From NCBI GenBank assembly GCA_973895155.1, contig OZ316891.1, positions 28,463,145 to 28,527,144 of the forward strand: a DNA stretch of 64,000 nt. The letters run 5' to 3'. Under the pieces are notes generated by a model. It did not search any database and was not told where the DNA came from. It worked only from the letters and a program-made list of their open reading frames with translations. A program made the position numbers and the translations under genes. Shown here in pieces: positions 12,806 through 27,000 of the stretch; within the stretch, counting starts at the first letter, position 1, and every line of letters starts with the position of its first letter. Source of the stretch: Marsupella aquatica (lineage: Eukaryota > Plantae > Marchantiophyta).

Positions 12806-14757
12806 TTCCCTCGCAAAAACTAGCAGTCGACACTAAACTGCACACCAGCAGTCACTCCTTGGATCCCTTCCCGTTGATCGGCATTTTTACCCTAACGAAA
12901 GTTCACACATGTTAGACGTCACTTAACACTTAGCACAAAACGGTCAGTAATCCCTAGTAAGTGTGCATGAGATTTTGTTTGTGGCCCTTTTAGTTTGGTG
13001 ATTTGGGTATTGGTTATAAAAACACCCAATGTCACCGGGAGTAAGACAACACCCACCCTTATACAAGAATGCCTAAATTTGATTAAACCTTACAATACCC
13101 ATTTGATCACAATTAATTAAATAATGAGACCACATATTTAGCGAGCAGGCCTAGGTAGCATAGGGTACTTTAGGGCCGGGCCCTCCATTGTGTGGCTGTT
13201 TGGCCTATAGGGTATAGGCCAGGAATACAGATCGACAGGTCGGAGTTTAGCTCCGGCCCAATTGTTCACTTCAAGGTTTAATTAGTTAATTAGGTCGGGC
13301 CCGGGTTACACCGTACGTCCATACCGTGCACCATAATATGTGTTGGCTATATAGTAACCGAACTCATCCTTATCCTTATTACAACCCTAAACATACTAAT
13401 AGGGATAAAAGAAGGTAAGTATGACCCCAAATTATGCCAAATCCAAATGGTAACATGACACATATTAGGTGCACAATATGTAATGGTCAGTTTAGTGACT
13501 AAAATGGCTTGCCTTCCTTCCCGCCCTTCCTAATTGGTCATAGGAATAAGACAGCGACCAAAAAGTGAACAGTTGTATATGTTTTGGAGTCTTATGTTGA
13601 CTTAAGAATGACTCAGAAGTCGTATATAGTCACATAAATATGACTGAAGTGTGGGCTGCGCACAATGGTGATCAAGCCTGTCATAAGTGGTCGGGTCACA
13701 AAACACCCCGGTTTCTACTAGTGTTTGGTGTGCTGTTTTGGGTGGATAAATTGAAACCTAAAAACATGGAAATAATTAATTAAAAAATTCAATTATATTT
13801 GGTGTGCATTGGTTTCCAAGCCTCGAGGGTTTCATTTCCACAAAAATGGAACATCATGTGAGACAAAGTATAGGGTCATTTTATTGGTTCAAAGGAAAGA
13901 TTTAAGAATTTTCTATGAATAACAATAGGGTTTTTTAAATTTAATTTTGAGACTTATAAGAACATTAGAGTACTTATAACCAAATTTTTGGAATATTCCA
14001 ACTTTATAGAGGTTTATAGTTTTTAAAAATTCTTACATTTTAGGGTATCCGGGGCCTAAAACATCGCAGGTGATGGGGAGCCATGCATCCATATAGTGAG
14101 ACCCCCGAGTTCCAACCTAGAAGAAAAGTGGGAACTAATCATGAGCCTTCATCAAAATATGTGTCTAGGCACTGTCTGATCTGTCCATACACCCCAATCT
14201 AAAATATGTCTTCCCAAGCTGCCCACTTACCTGTCCAAGATTAATAAATTGTAATTAAAAATAACTACAATTATTCACATTTAAATTATTTCTCTAAAAA
14301 TTTAAGACTTAAAAGTAAAAATTACATTTCCCTGTCACTCGATTATATTTGCGGACTCTATGATGTGGTGGTGCTATCTTGTGTCTCCAATATGATCTAT
14401 GTGCAATGCATGGGTTATTGAACATGACCACGACAATTGTATAGTTGGGATCACACATACCATGCCTTGATCAACAACTACATTATAAAATTTAAATATT
14501 TTAATCTTGTCTAAGTTACATTTGTCTTGTCTTGACATTTTTTTCTAATCTTTACATATAGGTTATCTCAGTCTCCTTTCACATGTCTACTTTGCCTTGA
14601 CATCTTTTTTTGACATTGATATATATTTATCTAACGTCCCGTCTCATGTACCACAACATTTTTCTCTTGATTTTTCTCACCCTCAACGTATATCTTTTCT
14701 CATCTTATCTTTTTTCTCATCTTGCCATTTTTTCTCACTCACATCTTTATCTCACCA

Positions 14758-17420
14758 CACTAGTACATTTTTGGGGGTTTTCCGATACTCATTTTGAGCC
14801 TAATGTGATCCGTCCGATGCTTTTGGCTTCAGACATTTTCCAAAGCATCCCGCATCAAAAGTTCCGATACAATAACCTTCGGACCTTTATTTCCCAATGC
14901 AAAATCCATCACATACGTTATCCCAGGTGATATATATGTATCGGATATGGTCCCAATATAAATACATCAGACATTTGCTTGTCATGTCTCAATATTTTTT
15001 TTGAACCTTCATGCATCGAAACATTGTTGCGTCTCAGATTGTATTGGACTAGGACCGATAAAATTTGCATCGGACAATTGTGTCCATTGGTTTTTGTAAC
15101 GCTTAATGGAACCGTAAGTATGGGCATCGGAAAATGTTCGTTGCTTTTAGTATCGGATACCTAATCATCAAAGGAGGAGGATTTCCGATGCATATCCGAT
15201 GGTTTTGTCATGGGATAGCCAATGGGACATAAGTTTTCTAGGGGTTCTTAGCTATAGAAAGGGTATTCATTAGAGGATTAATTAGGGACACTTATATTAT
15301 AACCAATAGATTTTGGGCATGCACTCACATACTATAACAATTATGAAATAAGTATAGAATGCTACTGCTTTTTATATTGCCGAGTAAAAAAAGAACTTGA
15401 AGGTACATGGTGGTTGGGGGCCTAACTACATACAAAATATGCTGCCTAGGTAGCTAGCTCGTGGAGGGGATGTCTTCACCTTCCACTACAACTACGTTGG
15501 GCCTCTCTTGGACTATGGACCGTGATCGAGGAATATAAGGCATGACAATGGACCATTCTGGGTCATCTAAATAGGGTAGGTAAAAGCATTGCTCAAGGTG
15601 ATGTGGGAAGGCAAAGGGATCTGAGGACCTCCAATTGGAACTGATGACACTATTTGCGGAAGTCTTCAAACGAGTAAAACCGCATGGATCCTCTTCACAT
15701 GTACGATTGTTGCCTACAAAATTCATCTTGAACCATTTGCACTTAAATACCACCTCCTCCAAAGTGTTATGTGCATGGTACTTCACTGTTAGGATCTCAT
15801 CAATCTTCCCATAATGGGCCACCGTGGAGCGGATGGGATTCATGTCTGACGTGCTACTTTGGGAATCTTGGGTGAACCAACCCATCACCCCACAATCTTG
15901 AGTAGCTGTCTTCTTCTCATCCAGTCGTTCCATGCAAAAATGTCTCCCCTTTGACCACATTGCCGTCCGAGTCATGACTTTAAGTAGTGGACCATGAACC
16001 AAGGTACAAAGCTTATCTGTCACCTGCGGGTAGTGTAATATACTCTTTCCTATACCCACCAAGGCATCCACTTCTAATAACTTGACTTCATGTATGGGTG
16101 AAACTTGGGAAACAACCGTGGCCGTCGGCTGTTTTGTTTCTCCTCCTCATAAAATGTTGTCCACCCCCTACAACCTCTGGTGAGTTGTACAGCATAAATG
16201 TTGTAAGCTGCAAACGCTCTGTCAAGCCAAGGAGGCGCTCTCCTGTTGCCCTAGTGAGTCTATCATCCTCATAGTCCGCCTCTCGTGCTGCCTCATCTAT
16301 CCATCCTCTAGGAGCCTTTGGATCTAGTGTGGCAACTATGTTTGTACAATAAAACATACTCTTTGCTCCAAGATGATGCTCTGCATTGCTGCCTTCCACC
16401 CTAGCCCGATTAGAGACATATGACTTCATCACCCCCATGTAACGCTCTACCCAATACATCCATCGACAATGTACTGGGCCTGCAATTGCAACCTCGTGCA
16501 CTAAATGTATGAGGAATTGAACCTGGCCATCAAAGAATGAGGGGGGAAGTGCCTTCTCCAACTTGCAAACAACCTCTACTCCAAATAGCTCCATCGCGGC
16601 AATGTCATCTTGCGGTACCTCCTTCTGACATATCCATCTCAAAAGCTTGCCCAATGACCAAAGAGCATCACGAAGTTCCTCACTGTCTACCCAATCCAAT
16701 AATCGCAACTGGAATGACATGTTCTAATAACCGATGGAAATCATGTGTTTTCAAAAAAGATGGCCATTTTGGAGAATCTTCCCCCCCCCCCAAATATCAA
16801 TCTATTCATTAAAAGTGAATTATTATTCAATTTATGAACATTTGGGCAATAGAAAGTGTACATTTGGCCTTCAAAAAGTGTACAACTAGGCAAGAAACAA
16901 AGTTGATGGCCATCAGATGTATCACCATGTTCATCCTTTGTAAATGAACTAGGATGAGACCCTTCTAGTCAAGATCATTTTTGTCACCTCAAGTTTACAA
17001 TTGATCATTTAGGTGTAGAGTATTATACCATAGTGTACATTTTGGGTTTACAAAGTGTACATTTAGAGATCAAAAAGTGAACATTTAGAGGCCTAAAAGT
17101 GAACAAAATAAAATACGCTTTTAATGAATAGGGTGATAAATGCCTTACAAAGATTGGCACCATAACCTGTGGGAAATCTCATTGACCCAATACGTCTACG
17201 AAACACAATGCGCTCTGCCCTGGTCAAAACCCAAGGAGGATGAATGCTAGGGGGTTCACTAGGGGGGTCCAAAGATGGCCGAAAACCAAGAAGACCATGC
17301 ATCCCCATCTCCTCACAACTTTCTCTCCAATTGTAGTTCTTCAATTTGCTGCCTCTAAATTACAGCGAGTATTTGCCAGGTTCTCATACTTCTTCTCTGT
17401 AGCACCTGTCTTATTCTCTA
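14758..17420 (-). mobile_element. Truncated CACTA element of a different family (terminus plus 3' part of TnpD)
   Basis: Starts CACTAGTACATTTTTGGGGG at 14758, followed by repeated CCGAT/ATCGG subterminal motifs to ~15200, then DUF4216/DUF4218 fragments. Confidence 0.8.
15454..17420 (-). pseudogene. TnpD C-terminal remnant (DUF4218, DUF4216)
   Basis: LPPSFFDGQVQFLIHLVHEV...WMYWVERYM; YGKIDEIL...FKCKWF...DPFAFPHHLEQCFY; MRFPTGYGANL. Divergent from the TnpD of copies 1 and 2. Confidence 0.85.
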
Positions 17421-17480
17421 TGGACACAACAACCACAATATATGTTACTGAAAATAACACATTCAACAAACAATGTCAAT

Positions 17481-20394
17481 TCAAACTATACATTTAATAA
17501 TCATATCCCACACAGTTGTAAAGGCCTTACCTTCAAGCCTACATGTCGTTGGCATGCCAGAAGAGTGCATCGACTTTGCCACCTCAAGTGGTGATGGTGG
17601 AACTCCTACAGAATTGGAATCAATTTTATCTCTCACCGACACAACAACTTCCATTAATGTCTTGAAGTTCACATGGAACAAGTCAGTCAATGAATTCAAA
17701 CGTTCATTGATCTCTGGAAGACATGTTTCGACAGCCTTCAAACGACCACTTATCTCTGTAAGTGAAGATCCACCTCCCTACATGACATAGGGGTATAGGT
17801 TCAATCACTCCATATGAAATGTTGGGCAATATATGCACAATCAATGTTATATACAGTGTACACCTGAAATTCAACGCAGGTCATTCAATTACCAATCAGA
17901 ACTCATATAACTTACATGCTTGGAGGATTCAGATGCACCCTCTTGAGCCCGAGTGTTCACAATTTCAACCCTCAACTCTTCTTTTGAAGGGCTTTCTGCA
18001 CATGCATGGCAAACACAAGTTATCGATCAATATTCAGGGAACGTACACTAAAAAACAAAGTTTACATGTATGAGTTTACACTAAAAAACAGTACATAGTG
18101 TAGCATAAATTACATAGCTAGGCCATTCATTCTTACCAAACGTTTAGCTGTCGGTGCAGTGCCGGTCCTTCCTGTCAGATTAGGGTTCTGAACACTCAAC
18201 CTGGCCTCGGTCATCTGTGAACTCTTCTTTTTTGAAGCATCTGTTACAAAATAAGCTACTAACCTTGCCCACACTTTATCATCACAACTGGCTGGTGGAG
18301 GCATATCTGGCTTCTCCCCACCTTCCTTCCAAGCCTTATGCATTCTCCACCTCTCTTGCTTGATGATTTTACCTGTTGTACTCTCTAGGCAACCTATGTC
18401 CACGCCATCATCACTGCCCACATAATTCCATTTGGCAGCAACATTTTCACATACAGTCTTCCAATCTTTTGGATGCTATTTTTTAAAATTAATAACACTC
18501 ACATCTAACCAACGCAATACTTCAGCTTTCAAATCAGCATGCCATCGGTTCTTGCGAGGACACTCAGCATCCACCCATTGTCTCTCATTCAACTTTACGT
18601 TCCCTTTCTTTGTCACCTCCCCTCGTGCACTGCTCTCGGTAGTACTGGGCGTTGTATTGGCCACCCCTTCATTCACCCTACCTGGGGTTCTGAAGCCACC
18701 TGGGAAAATACAATGCCATTCATGCTTGAGAACTACATATAGCAGAATGGATGACGGCAACATTCAATGCTTCACTTCAAGAAAAATTCTTCAAACATAC
18801 ATACCTATAGCTCTGCCTGTAGATGCCTGTGCAGGGACTGCACTCTGAAATTGTTGCGACCCTGGACCACCTGTCCAGCCTAGTACAGGGGCCGGATGAT
18901 GTCACTTTCTAGGTATGTGTGTGCAAACATATGTACTGAAAACTAAGTACAAACTGTAGGAAAACAACTGAACATTCACCGACATACCTGTCCCCCTTCC
19001 GTGCTGCATCTGCATAGGGGCATTAGTGAATACTTGAGTCGATGGTTCGACTGTCCAACCTGCACACATACATTTTCTATCATTATACATGTGCAGAATC
19101 CCCCCCACGTGAATGGACTCCAGATATAATGAGTTCTTCCATTGCTGACAAGATCAGACATTACCTGCCCCTCTTCCAGCGTTTGTAGGTACTGTATTTT
19201 GATATCCCTGCCAATTACCTTCACCACCTTCCCAACCTTGTTCATTCCACGACCCACCACCATCCTCCCAACCTGGTTCAACCCATGTCTGTCCTTGTGG
19301 ACATTGGAACTGATCATTACTAGCATTTGCCCAATCAGGTTGGGCAGAATCTGCATGCAATGGCAGGTGGACAGAATTTCATGTTGTCTGAATCCAATAC
19401 ATCCCAAACAATGTCAAAAATTGATATGCAGTCTGAAATTCAGGAGTGCCATGCCTTCACAAAGAACTGGCATATAGATATATACTCACATCCCCATGGT
19501 TGAGGTGGACGTCCATACCCACGAGATTGTGGGTTTGGACCTGCTCTGCCTCTACCACGGGCATAACCTAGAGCTTGCCCCCTGCCATAGTATTGGGCAC
19601 CAGCCTGGGATCTACCACTACTACCACCTCGCCAACCTTGATCAAAGGTCAGCCCCCCTGCTGGTATGGTGCATGCACAGGCTTCGAAGGCAAAATAGAA
19701 CTGGCAGGACGCTGCATCACATCACCAACTACAATGTCAGGAACTAAGCAAGGTACATATGTGTAGTATTGAACATATGAAACCTCTAAACAAGAGTTTT
19801 TAACTCAAAACCTTGTTGGGAAAACTACTTACCTGTTTCTTTTGGGGTTGCTCTGCAATGTATTCATCTTCATAACCCCCAGCCTCATCCATTTCCTCTG
19901 GAAAATACTCATCATCTGCATCTTCTTGTCTAGTGTCTGCACCCACCTATGCAGCATCAATGTCATCTCCACATTCTGCCATTGTAGGTACGACCTTCTT
20001 GCTCAACCTGTCACTCCGATGCACAGGCCTAGAGATAGTGTTGGTCACCCTTCTTGCGTACTCCTTTTGTTTCTTTGAAAATGATGTGGCTCTGCGACAT
20101 TCCAATATGAGAATACAGTCACAATTTCAGTGCCACATTGAACTATTCATGTCACACAAACTCAGCGGAGGGGTGTAGTTGAGAATCGTTCCCTTACAAT
20201 TCAGCCACATCCTTTTCTAGATCCAGTTCTGCGATTTTGGCTTTCACGTATGCTCGTTGTTCCATAGCTTTCCTTTCATACTCACACATCTCTGTGTCAC
20301 TCTGTTCCATCCTACTGGACCACAAAAACATGTCATCTATGGTCACCCCGTATAACACAATGCAACCACAATCACCAGGCATCCATCCATACAT
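17481..20394 (-). pseudogene. TnpA-like (Ptta/En-Spm Transposase_24-type) multi-exon gene
   Basis: Exon fragments include ERWRMHKAW...PPASCDDKVWARLVAYF...KKKSSQMTEAR...TGRTG. Located downstream of TnpD, as expected for CACTA. Confidence 0.65.
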
Positions 20395-20466
20395 CTGTGT
20401 TGCTTCAGAATTACTTTATTACACATCATTCCCCTCACTAATGTCCATGCAAACAATTCACATTAC

Positions 20467-22251
20467 TCATGGCACAGGCACACTGTTGGCATCTGCATCT
20501 CTGAATTCGCCTCCTTCAGCAAATGCATCTACCCTTGTCACAGGAATGAAGTCCCCGCTATCATGAACTACAGGCACTTGGTCTGAACGCCGACGATCAA
20601 AGGCACTATGAGAGTGTAAATGAAACTCAAGGTTTGATCCTTCCATCCGACGTTGCCTGGCCTGTATATGACACACTACACGCCAACCTGGGGAGTCTTC
20701 CACATCCAGGAAGAAAGCTTGCTCCACCTGACTAGGAAACACAAATGGCTCAGACCATTCGGGCAATTTCCCTCTGAAATTGGCCAGCAAGAAACCGTCG
20801 TTGTCTCTCTTCATGGTAGCCCTATTACCAAGCCAATCCTGCCGCACCCATGAACCTTTCATAAGAATCACAGGACTGGACACCGCCCCATAGTCCAGAG
20901 CCCATATGTCAACTAATTCTCCCACATATCCCATCTCCATCCAGGCCCTGTCGTGATTGTGGCTCTGTTGCTCAAATACAGTGATGAGCCCACAGTCATT
21001 CGTCACCCTGTAGGCACTGTCACCATCCTTCACTCGAAAGTGATTCCCATATGCTCTCATCCGTTTGTAAGTCTTCACTTTCAGGCTAGGGGCATTAGAC
21101 AGTAGGTAAACATCTACATCCATGTCTGGGTGGGTCTCATGATGCTCTCTAATTGCCACTCTGATCCACTCCATGAAACCTGGAAAAGTTGTTCTTGCAG
21201 TGGGATGGGCCGCCTTCAATGACTCATACTCCCTGAACGAACAACCACACAGCATTAGCTTGGGTAAACATGAACAGGCTGAAGGAGAAAACCACACGAA
21301 CACAACATTTAAGCTCATGAACTGGATTATAGCACATGTATGCACTCACTATATCCAGGGTTCCATCACCACAGTGTTGTGCAATACAAAGTCATGTGCC
21401 AAGTCTCTCATAGATATGGTCAGGTTCTTTGTGGTTGCAGCCCCTTCCAGTACTTCACCTATCACCCCTTCCTCCTCATCAGAATTCCACACCCTGGTCT
21501 TCACATGCTCATATTGTGCTATGTATTCGGTCAGAAATCCCAGAGTCTCATCCTTGATGTAACCTTTAGCCATGCTTGCTTCAGGTTTGTAATATGTTCT
21601 CACGTGACCTTTGAGTAGCTTCATGTACCGTTCCAAAGGGTACAACCAACGAGCACTCACAGGCCCAAATTGGTGTAGCTCTTCCACAACATGGACAAGT
21701 AGGTGGGTCATGACATCAAAAAATGCGGGAGGAAAATAAATCTCCAGGTCACACAGCACCTGAGCGACATCTTCTGTCAGTTGTGGGAAGTGTGTTTCAT
21801 CCCAAACCTTCACACAAATACGATGAAACACATCACTGAGTCGCATGATCACAGTACGAATAGGCTTCTACAACAGGCCCCTTAGGCATAAAGGCAACAC
21901 CTGTTGCATCAACATATGGTAGTCATGGCTTTTCATACTACCAAGCTTTCTAGTCATGATATGCTTCTTGAAAGCACTGCCATAGTTTGAAGGAACCTTC
22001 AAAGAACTCAACCTCTGCACAAATAGTTCCCACTCTGTGTCTGTCAGAACATAGGGCGCTTGGTACTTCAAGAGCACATCAGCTCTGTGGGCATGTGGCC
22101 TCAACCAAAGATGGGGTTTCATTCCCCTCTGTTCAAGATCCAATCTCACTGAACCAGTGTCTTTCTCTCCACACAAGAATCTGAGTAGACTCTCACAAAT
22201 ATTCTTTTCAATGTGCATAACATCAATGTTATGTTTGCTTGGCTCAAACTC
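20467..22251 (-). pseudogene. TnpD 3' exons of CACTA copy 2 (DUF4218, DUF4216)
   Basis: HNIDVMHIEKNICES, MKSHDYH, FPPAFFDVMTHLLVH, PFVFPSQVEQAFF. In-frame TAG at 21868. Confidence 0.9.
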
Positions 22252-23010
22252 CTGGGGTAATTGTAACGTGCGAGCAAACAGTAGAATTTTTGCTCACACG
22301 GGCAAGATGTCACCTTGTATTGGGGCCCAAAAAAGGTCTGGAATATTCCTCGCTAGCATGGAGACCCTGTTCGATCAATAAATATAGACGGCTACCCATG
22401 GACGATTCTAGTCCCGTGAACGCAATAGATCAAAATGACATATCTTCAGGCCAGCAAAATCGCTAGTCTAATGATGCCAACACATTGAGCCACTCATCCG
22501 AGGTACGGTCTCCACGTACAGGCTTCCACATGTGAAAATTCCCACCCGAGGAAGAGTAATAACAAAAAAGTACTGCGTGATTCCTGCGTGAAAAGAATCA
22601 ACGTGTCATTACTGCCGAGGAAAGGAGGATTAAGGCCGTTTGGACACTAATTAAGTCACTTGCAAGTGAACGGGACACTTACCGTTCGAACTAGACTCGA
22701 ATCCAAGGTGTCGAACCGTCCACTTAAACAAATCCGCTAGCCCCAAAACCACCAGTCTTCCAAATCATTCTCCTGATCACTTCCACCACGTCCGACTTGA
22801 TCTCTTTCATTCGGAACTGCTATCAGTGTTCCAAGTTCTCAACACTCTCCAGATCTAGTTCAGGTAAGCGCGGGTCTATGCTCTGAGCTGTTTTAAGGGA
22901 AGAACTCTCCGACAAGGCATGATATTCATCATATTTCATCGTGAATACTGTTTCCATTTGTTGAATCCTGTTCTATTTAATCATTGTTTGGGTTTTGTAA
23001 GTGCAGAGAA

Positions 23011-23439
23011 ATGTCTGGTGTTCCAAGAAATCCTCCTCAGGGGAAATGGCGACTTGAGATCCGTCGTTACAACCCGGCAACAGATGGCCCGCTTGAAGAT
23101 GACTCTCCTCCGAAGCAGAAACCCGATGCAGAGACTATGAAGGTCTCCGCCGGCAGTAGTGTCCCAACCGAACTCGGTCAATCTGTTGGATCGTCATCAT
23201 CATTGAGGAGAACACCTACTCCTCCAAAGTTAATTCCAGCAGCAAAGTCTCCACCGAAGCCAAAGGTGGATACCACACAGCGCGAGGTTGTATCGAAGAG
23301 GAAGAGGCTCGCAGAAGAGGAGCAGTATTGGATTGAGAGGGAGATCTATGACTACTGGACCGAGGAACGCCTCGCCTCTTTGGATTATGATTCTGAGTCA
23401 GACACTAACTCCGATGCATGGAAGGCGTCCAGCCCCTGA
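23011..23439 (+). CDS. Small MULE-borne protein with NLS-like KRKR and a conserved acidic, aromatic C-terminus
   Basis: ATG ORF of 142 aa. KRKRLAEEEQYWIEREIYDYWTEERLASLDYDSESDTNSDAWKASSP is conserved in the second copy (61599-62035). Confidence 0.7.
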   Translation: MSGVPRNPPQGKWRLEIRRYNPATDGPLEDDSPPKQKPDAETMKVSAGSSVPTELGQSVGSSSSLRRTPTPPKLIPAAKSPPKPKVDTTQREVVSKRKRLAEEEQYWIEREIYDYWTEERLASLDYDSESDTNSDAWKASSP

Positions 23440-24062
23440 GGGTAGAGTCAGGTTGTGGATTTACTGAAATTTTTGTAGTTACAAGCGAACCACATGTCCT
23501 AATGTACTTTCAATATGTATGAGAAGTAAAGTTTGGGCGGTCCTTTCATTTCTATGTGTTTCTCTGGAATGCCATTTTGTACATAGTACTTTTATTTTGA
23601 AGTCACTGTTGGACCCTTCCCAGACTAGCGATATCGCTAGTATAGAACTGTGTTCATCTTCGATAATCAATTCGATCGAGTATTACCACAACAACTTCAG
23701 GGAAAACTTCCCTCCCTAAACCCTAAACATCCTGTCACATCCTGTCCTAAATTCCGTTGATCAGACTAGCGATCTCGCTAGCCAAAAACTGGCGTCATTT
23801 TAATGATCAAACCGTGAACTCTATAGAAACTTGTCAATAGGTTAACACGTATGAAAGTAGGATGTTTCTGTCAGGATGCAGCAGACTTCCTAAGACTAGA
23901 GAGATCGCTAACCTTAAACAGCAAACGCAAACACCATAAAAGTTACCATTATGGACCTCGCTAACATTATGATTCACTCGGTGAAAACAGATTGATATTT
24001 GTGAAACCACAAACTCGAGTAATCCATCCCACCACCCTATAATTAGCATCTCCAATAAACGA

Positions 24063-27000
24063 CTAGTCCCCTATCTGTAACGGAATTAAACTCCTCACTT
24101 CCCCAACAGTCAGAATTGGTTGTTTGACAAGGTCGTCCTTCTCTAGGTTGAGTGAAAACTTGTTTAAATACACCCACAGCAGATGTTTACAAGACATGTA
24201 TGGTTTCCCTCGTGTATGCCTCTTATAAAAGTCTTCACAAGAACACGAAGGGAAACAACAGATTTGCACCCAATATGTGTGCGGAACTTGTGAATCAGTC
24301 TCGTGAGTGGCGATCAAGTATCTCCAACCCCATCCATTTCCGGTAGTTACCTTCTCATTTCCGACAACTCTCATGTATTCTTGTGTAGCGGAAACGATGC
24401 GCTTGAGCAACTCTGGAGTATTGCTGAAACGCTGTCTTGCACCCTTACCATTTTGGGTTTTCAACCGACGGTCCACATTAGTTAGATCAATTCGTTCGGC
24501 GAATGAGTTAACATCAATTCGTAGGTTGACCCAATTGGGGGACGGGAACTCTCCAACTTGATTTGCATCCACATAGGAGAGTCCACTGATCTAGAATCCT
24601 AATCCCAGCAGAAACTCTATCTCGGGATGGAAGAGGCAAGTCCCACGCTGAACCTTGAGCGACTCGGGTGGGGGGGGGGTAGTTGAGCTAGAGTTCTGCA
24701 TCCTCGGCTCTTGTGACACTTATTATTAGGACAGAAGTACAACAACTGGCGATGTGGAGACGATAATCGCAACCCGTGAATGGCGACTCCAACAATTCCC
24801 CCTTGCGCGGACTTACATCCAGTCTCCTTGATGAGATTTCTACATTCATCTCTTCCAAAAACGCTTCGGTCAACCGACCCGTTGCAAACAGGTCCAGCAC
24901 CTCTACCGCTTCGCCTGAGATGCCAGGTCCCATAAGGAACATCAACCTCTCGGATGGAAGGGATCCTTTGGGGGGCATCCCGATGGTCATCCCCGACATC
25001 ACACGGAGGTTGAGTCCCCATCTTCACGGTATCATTGACATTACGACTTGCATCATCACCATCATCATCTGAAATATGGATAACTCCAGTAGAACAACCT
25101 CCGATAGGTGTTGCCGAAGTTGTATTATTTGCTACTTCTGGGTCCGCAGAAGTCTCCGAAACATTGACGAAGCGAAATTCAGGATAGAGATTACGCCTTT
25201 TTAGTCCTGAAGGAGAAGCTGTTGTGCGTGACACCTTGTCATGTCTGTGGGAGTCATTCTCGTGGATTACAGCTGAAGCTTTCCCTTTCCTCTTTGTGGA
25301 TGTTGTTCGGAGATCGCCATGTAATGGAACTGTTCTATAGAATTCATACTTAGCTGAAGACTCAAGCAAAAGATTTGCTGCCTTTTCGTAAGCATCCATG
25401 GATCCCATAGCATCGGCGTTCCTATATGCTAATTCAAAAATGGTCGGCCCCTGGCCTCTGTGAACACCTTCACTGTAGGCAGTAAAAGCAACAATTTGCC
25501 CCGCAGCACGATTCTGGTCCACCTCACATGCTTCAATCAATCCCACTAGTTTCTTCATTTGGCAGGATCTCATGGATGCATGGACTGATTCCGCTCCAGT
25601 ACAATTTGGCATCAAGGCTGACTCCATTGCGGTTTGCGTCTGCGAAAAAGTAGTCCACAGTCAGACCTGATATGCTAGCGAGGTCGCTAGCAAAAACAAT
25701 GACGTCAAAGAGAAATGAAATTGGACACTTACAACGCGGATGAAGTTCCCCCACTGCCTCCACCTCACGACCCACCAAGATAACCATCCTTGGAGAGACT
25801 TCAATTTCCCAGCATAGCAGTTTCCTTCCTTCCACCAACGATGGATTTCGTCAGCAACACGGTAGGCCTGAACATATGTTGGTGCTGTTCTCAGCCTTTC
25901 CCACAGTTTATAGTGCTCTCGATGGCGATCTTCCCGAATACCCTCCAATGTGTGACAAGAAGAGATTGAGCAAAGTGAAAGCCATCACTGTGCTCCTTCT
26001 GTGGGTGACGGACACCTCCAAAAAAAACATTTCGAATGGCGATCCATCCAGCCTCGGCATTATCGGCAATAAATCCTCCAATGAGTGGGTCATGCACATC
26101 ATGATCAGAGGCAACTTCAATCATATATCTCCATGCGGTTTCAAGAGATAAGGAGTCCTCCGCACGGAGCTCACAAGTGAAGATGGTACAAAGGGACCTG
26201 TAATTATGGTCGTACACATGGGCGCTGAAAGTCAGCCACCCAGTGCTTATTCTCCGCATTACATCAGAACTGACCCATGCTCCTTCCAGCTCACCTCCAC
26301 TCTTCATCTGCCTGAGAATATCGACACCAGAACCTGGGCCATTTGTACTCATTTTGAAGACATGAGCCCTATCGGTCTTGCTCCCCTGCCCAGGGAAAAG
26401 GTACCTCTGAACATAAGGAAAATTATTTCGTGCTTGCATCTCACGAAGAGAATCCAACTCACCTTTTTTTGGGTTATCCATTTTCATGCTCCGGAATATG
26501 GCCTGGAATTTCTCAACAGTGGACACAACCTTCATCGATTCCCAAATCTCTCTCTCTTCTTCTTTTGATAGTTCTGAAGAAGACTCTGGATGCAAAAGAG
26601 AAACCAGGTTTCCTATAGACTTGTTAAGAACACGCCCTGGCGTACACACGGGATTCGCTTTATGAACACCAGAAACTATCTCCTCCGCCTGCTGTTTTGC
26701 CAATCGAGATTTCCCCTTCCAAACAACGTGGTCATGGAAACCCATGTGAATAGCCAATCGAGACATATGTTTCGCAACATTTGACTCAAGAGACGGCTTA
26801 GGATAGACATACAAAAGCTTAGCCGGACATTCACGGATGCAGAGAGGCCTCTCCTCACAGAATCCGCACACCAACCCTCCTTCCTCCACAAGCTCACCAA
26901 GATGAAACGGCTCAGTAAATTGTCCCTTTCCTTGGAAAGAAGAGTCATTTTTTGAACCGGTGTGCTTCAACTTTCTACAAACCAGATTTTGGCATTCAAG

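Larger units (their letters stand above)
1..13723 (-). mobile_element. CACTA (En/Spm) DNA transposon copy 1, left end outside the window
   Basis: Ends in ...CCCCGGTTTCTACTAGTG at 13723 (revcomp CACTAGTAGAAACCGGGG) with GTCA/TGAC subterminal motifs at ~13490-13700. Contains TnpD-type ORFs and cargo ORFs, all on the minus strand. Confidence 0.9.

Noticed and set aside
13724-14757. Possible MITE or Harbinger remnant (TTTGGTGTGC twice)
   Set aside because: No paired TIR or TSD could be identified.
23712-23728. CCCTAAACCCTAAA as an interstitial telomere (also ~53011)
   Set aside because: Only two units; short telo-box-like motifs are common in plant DNA.
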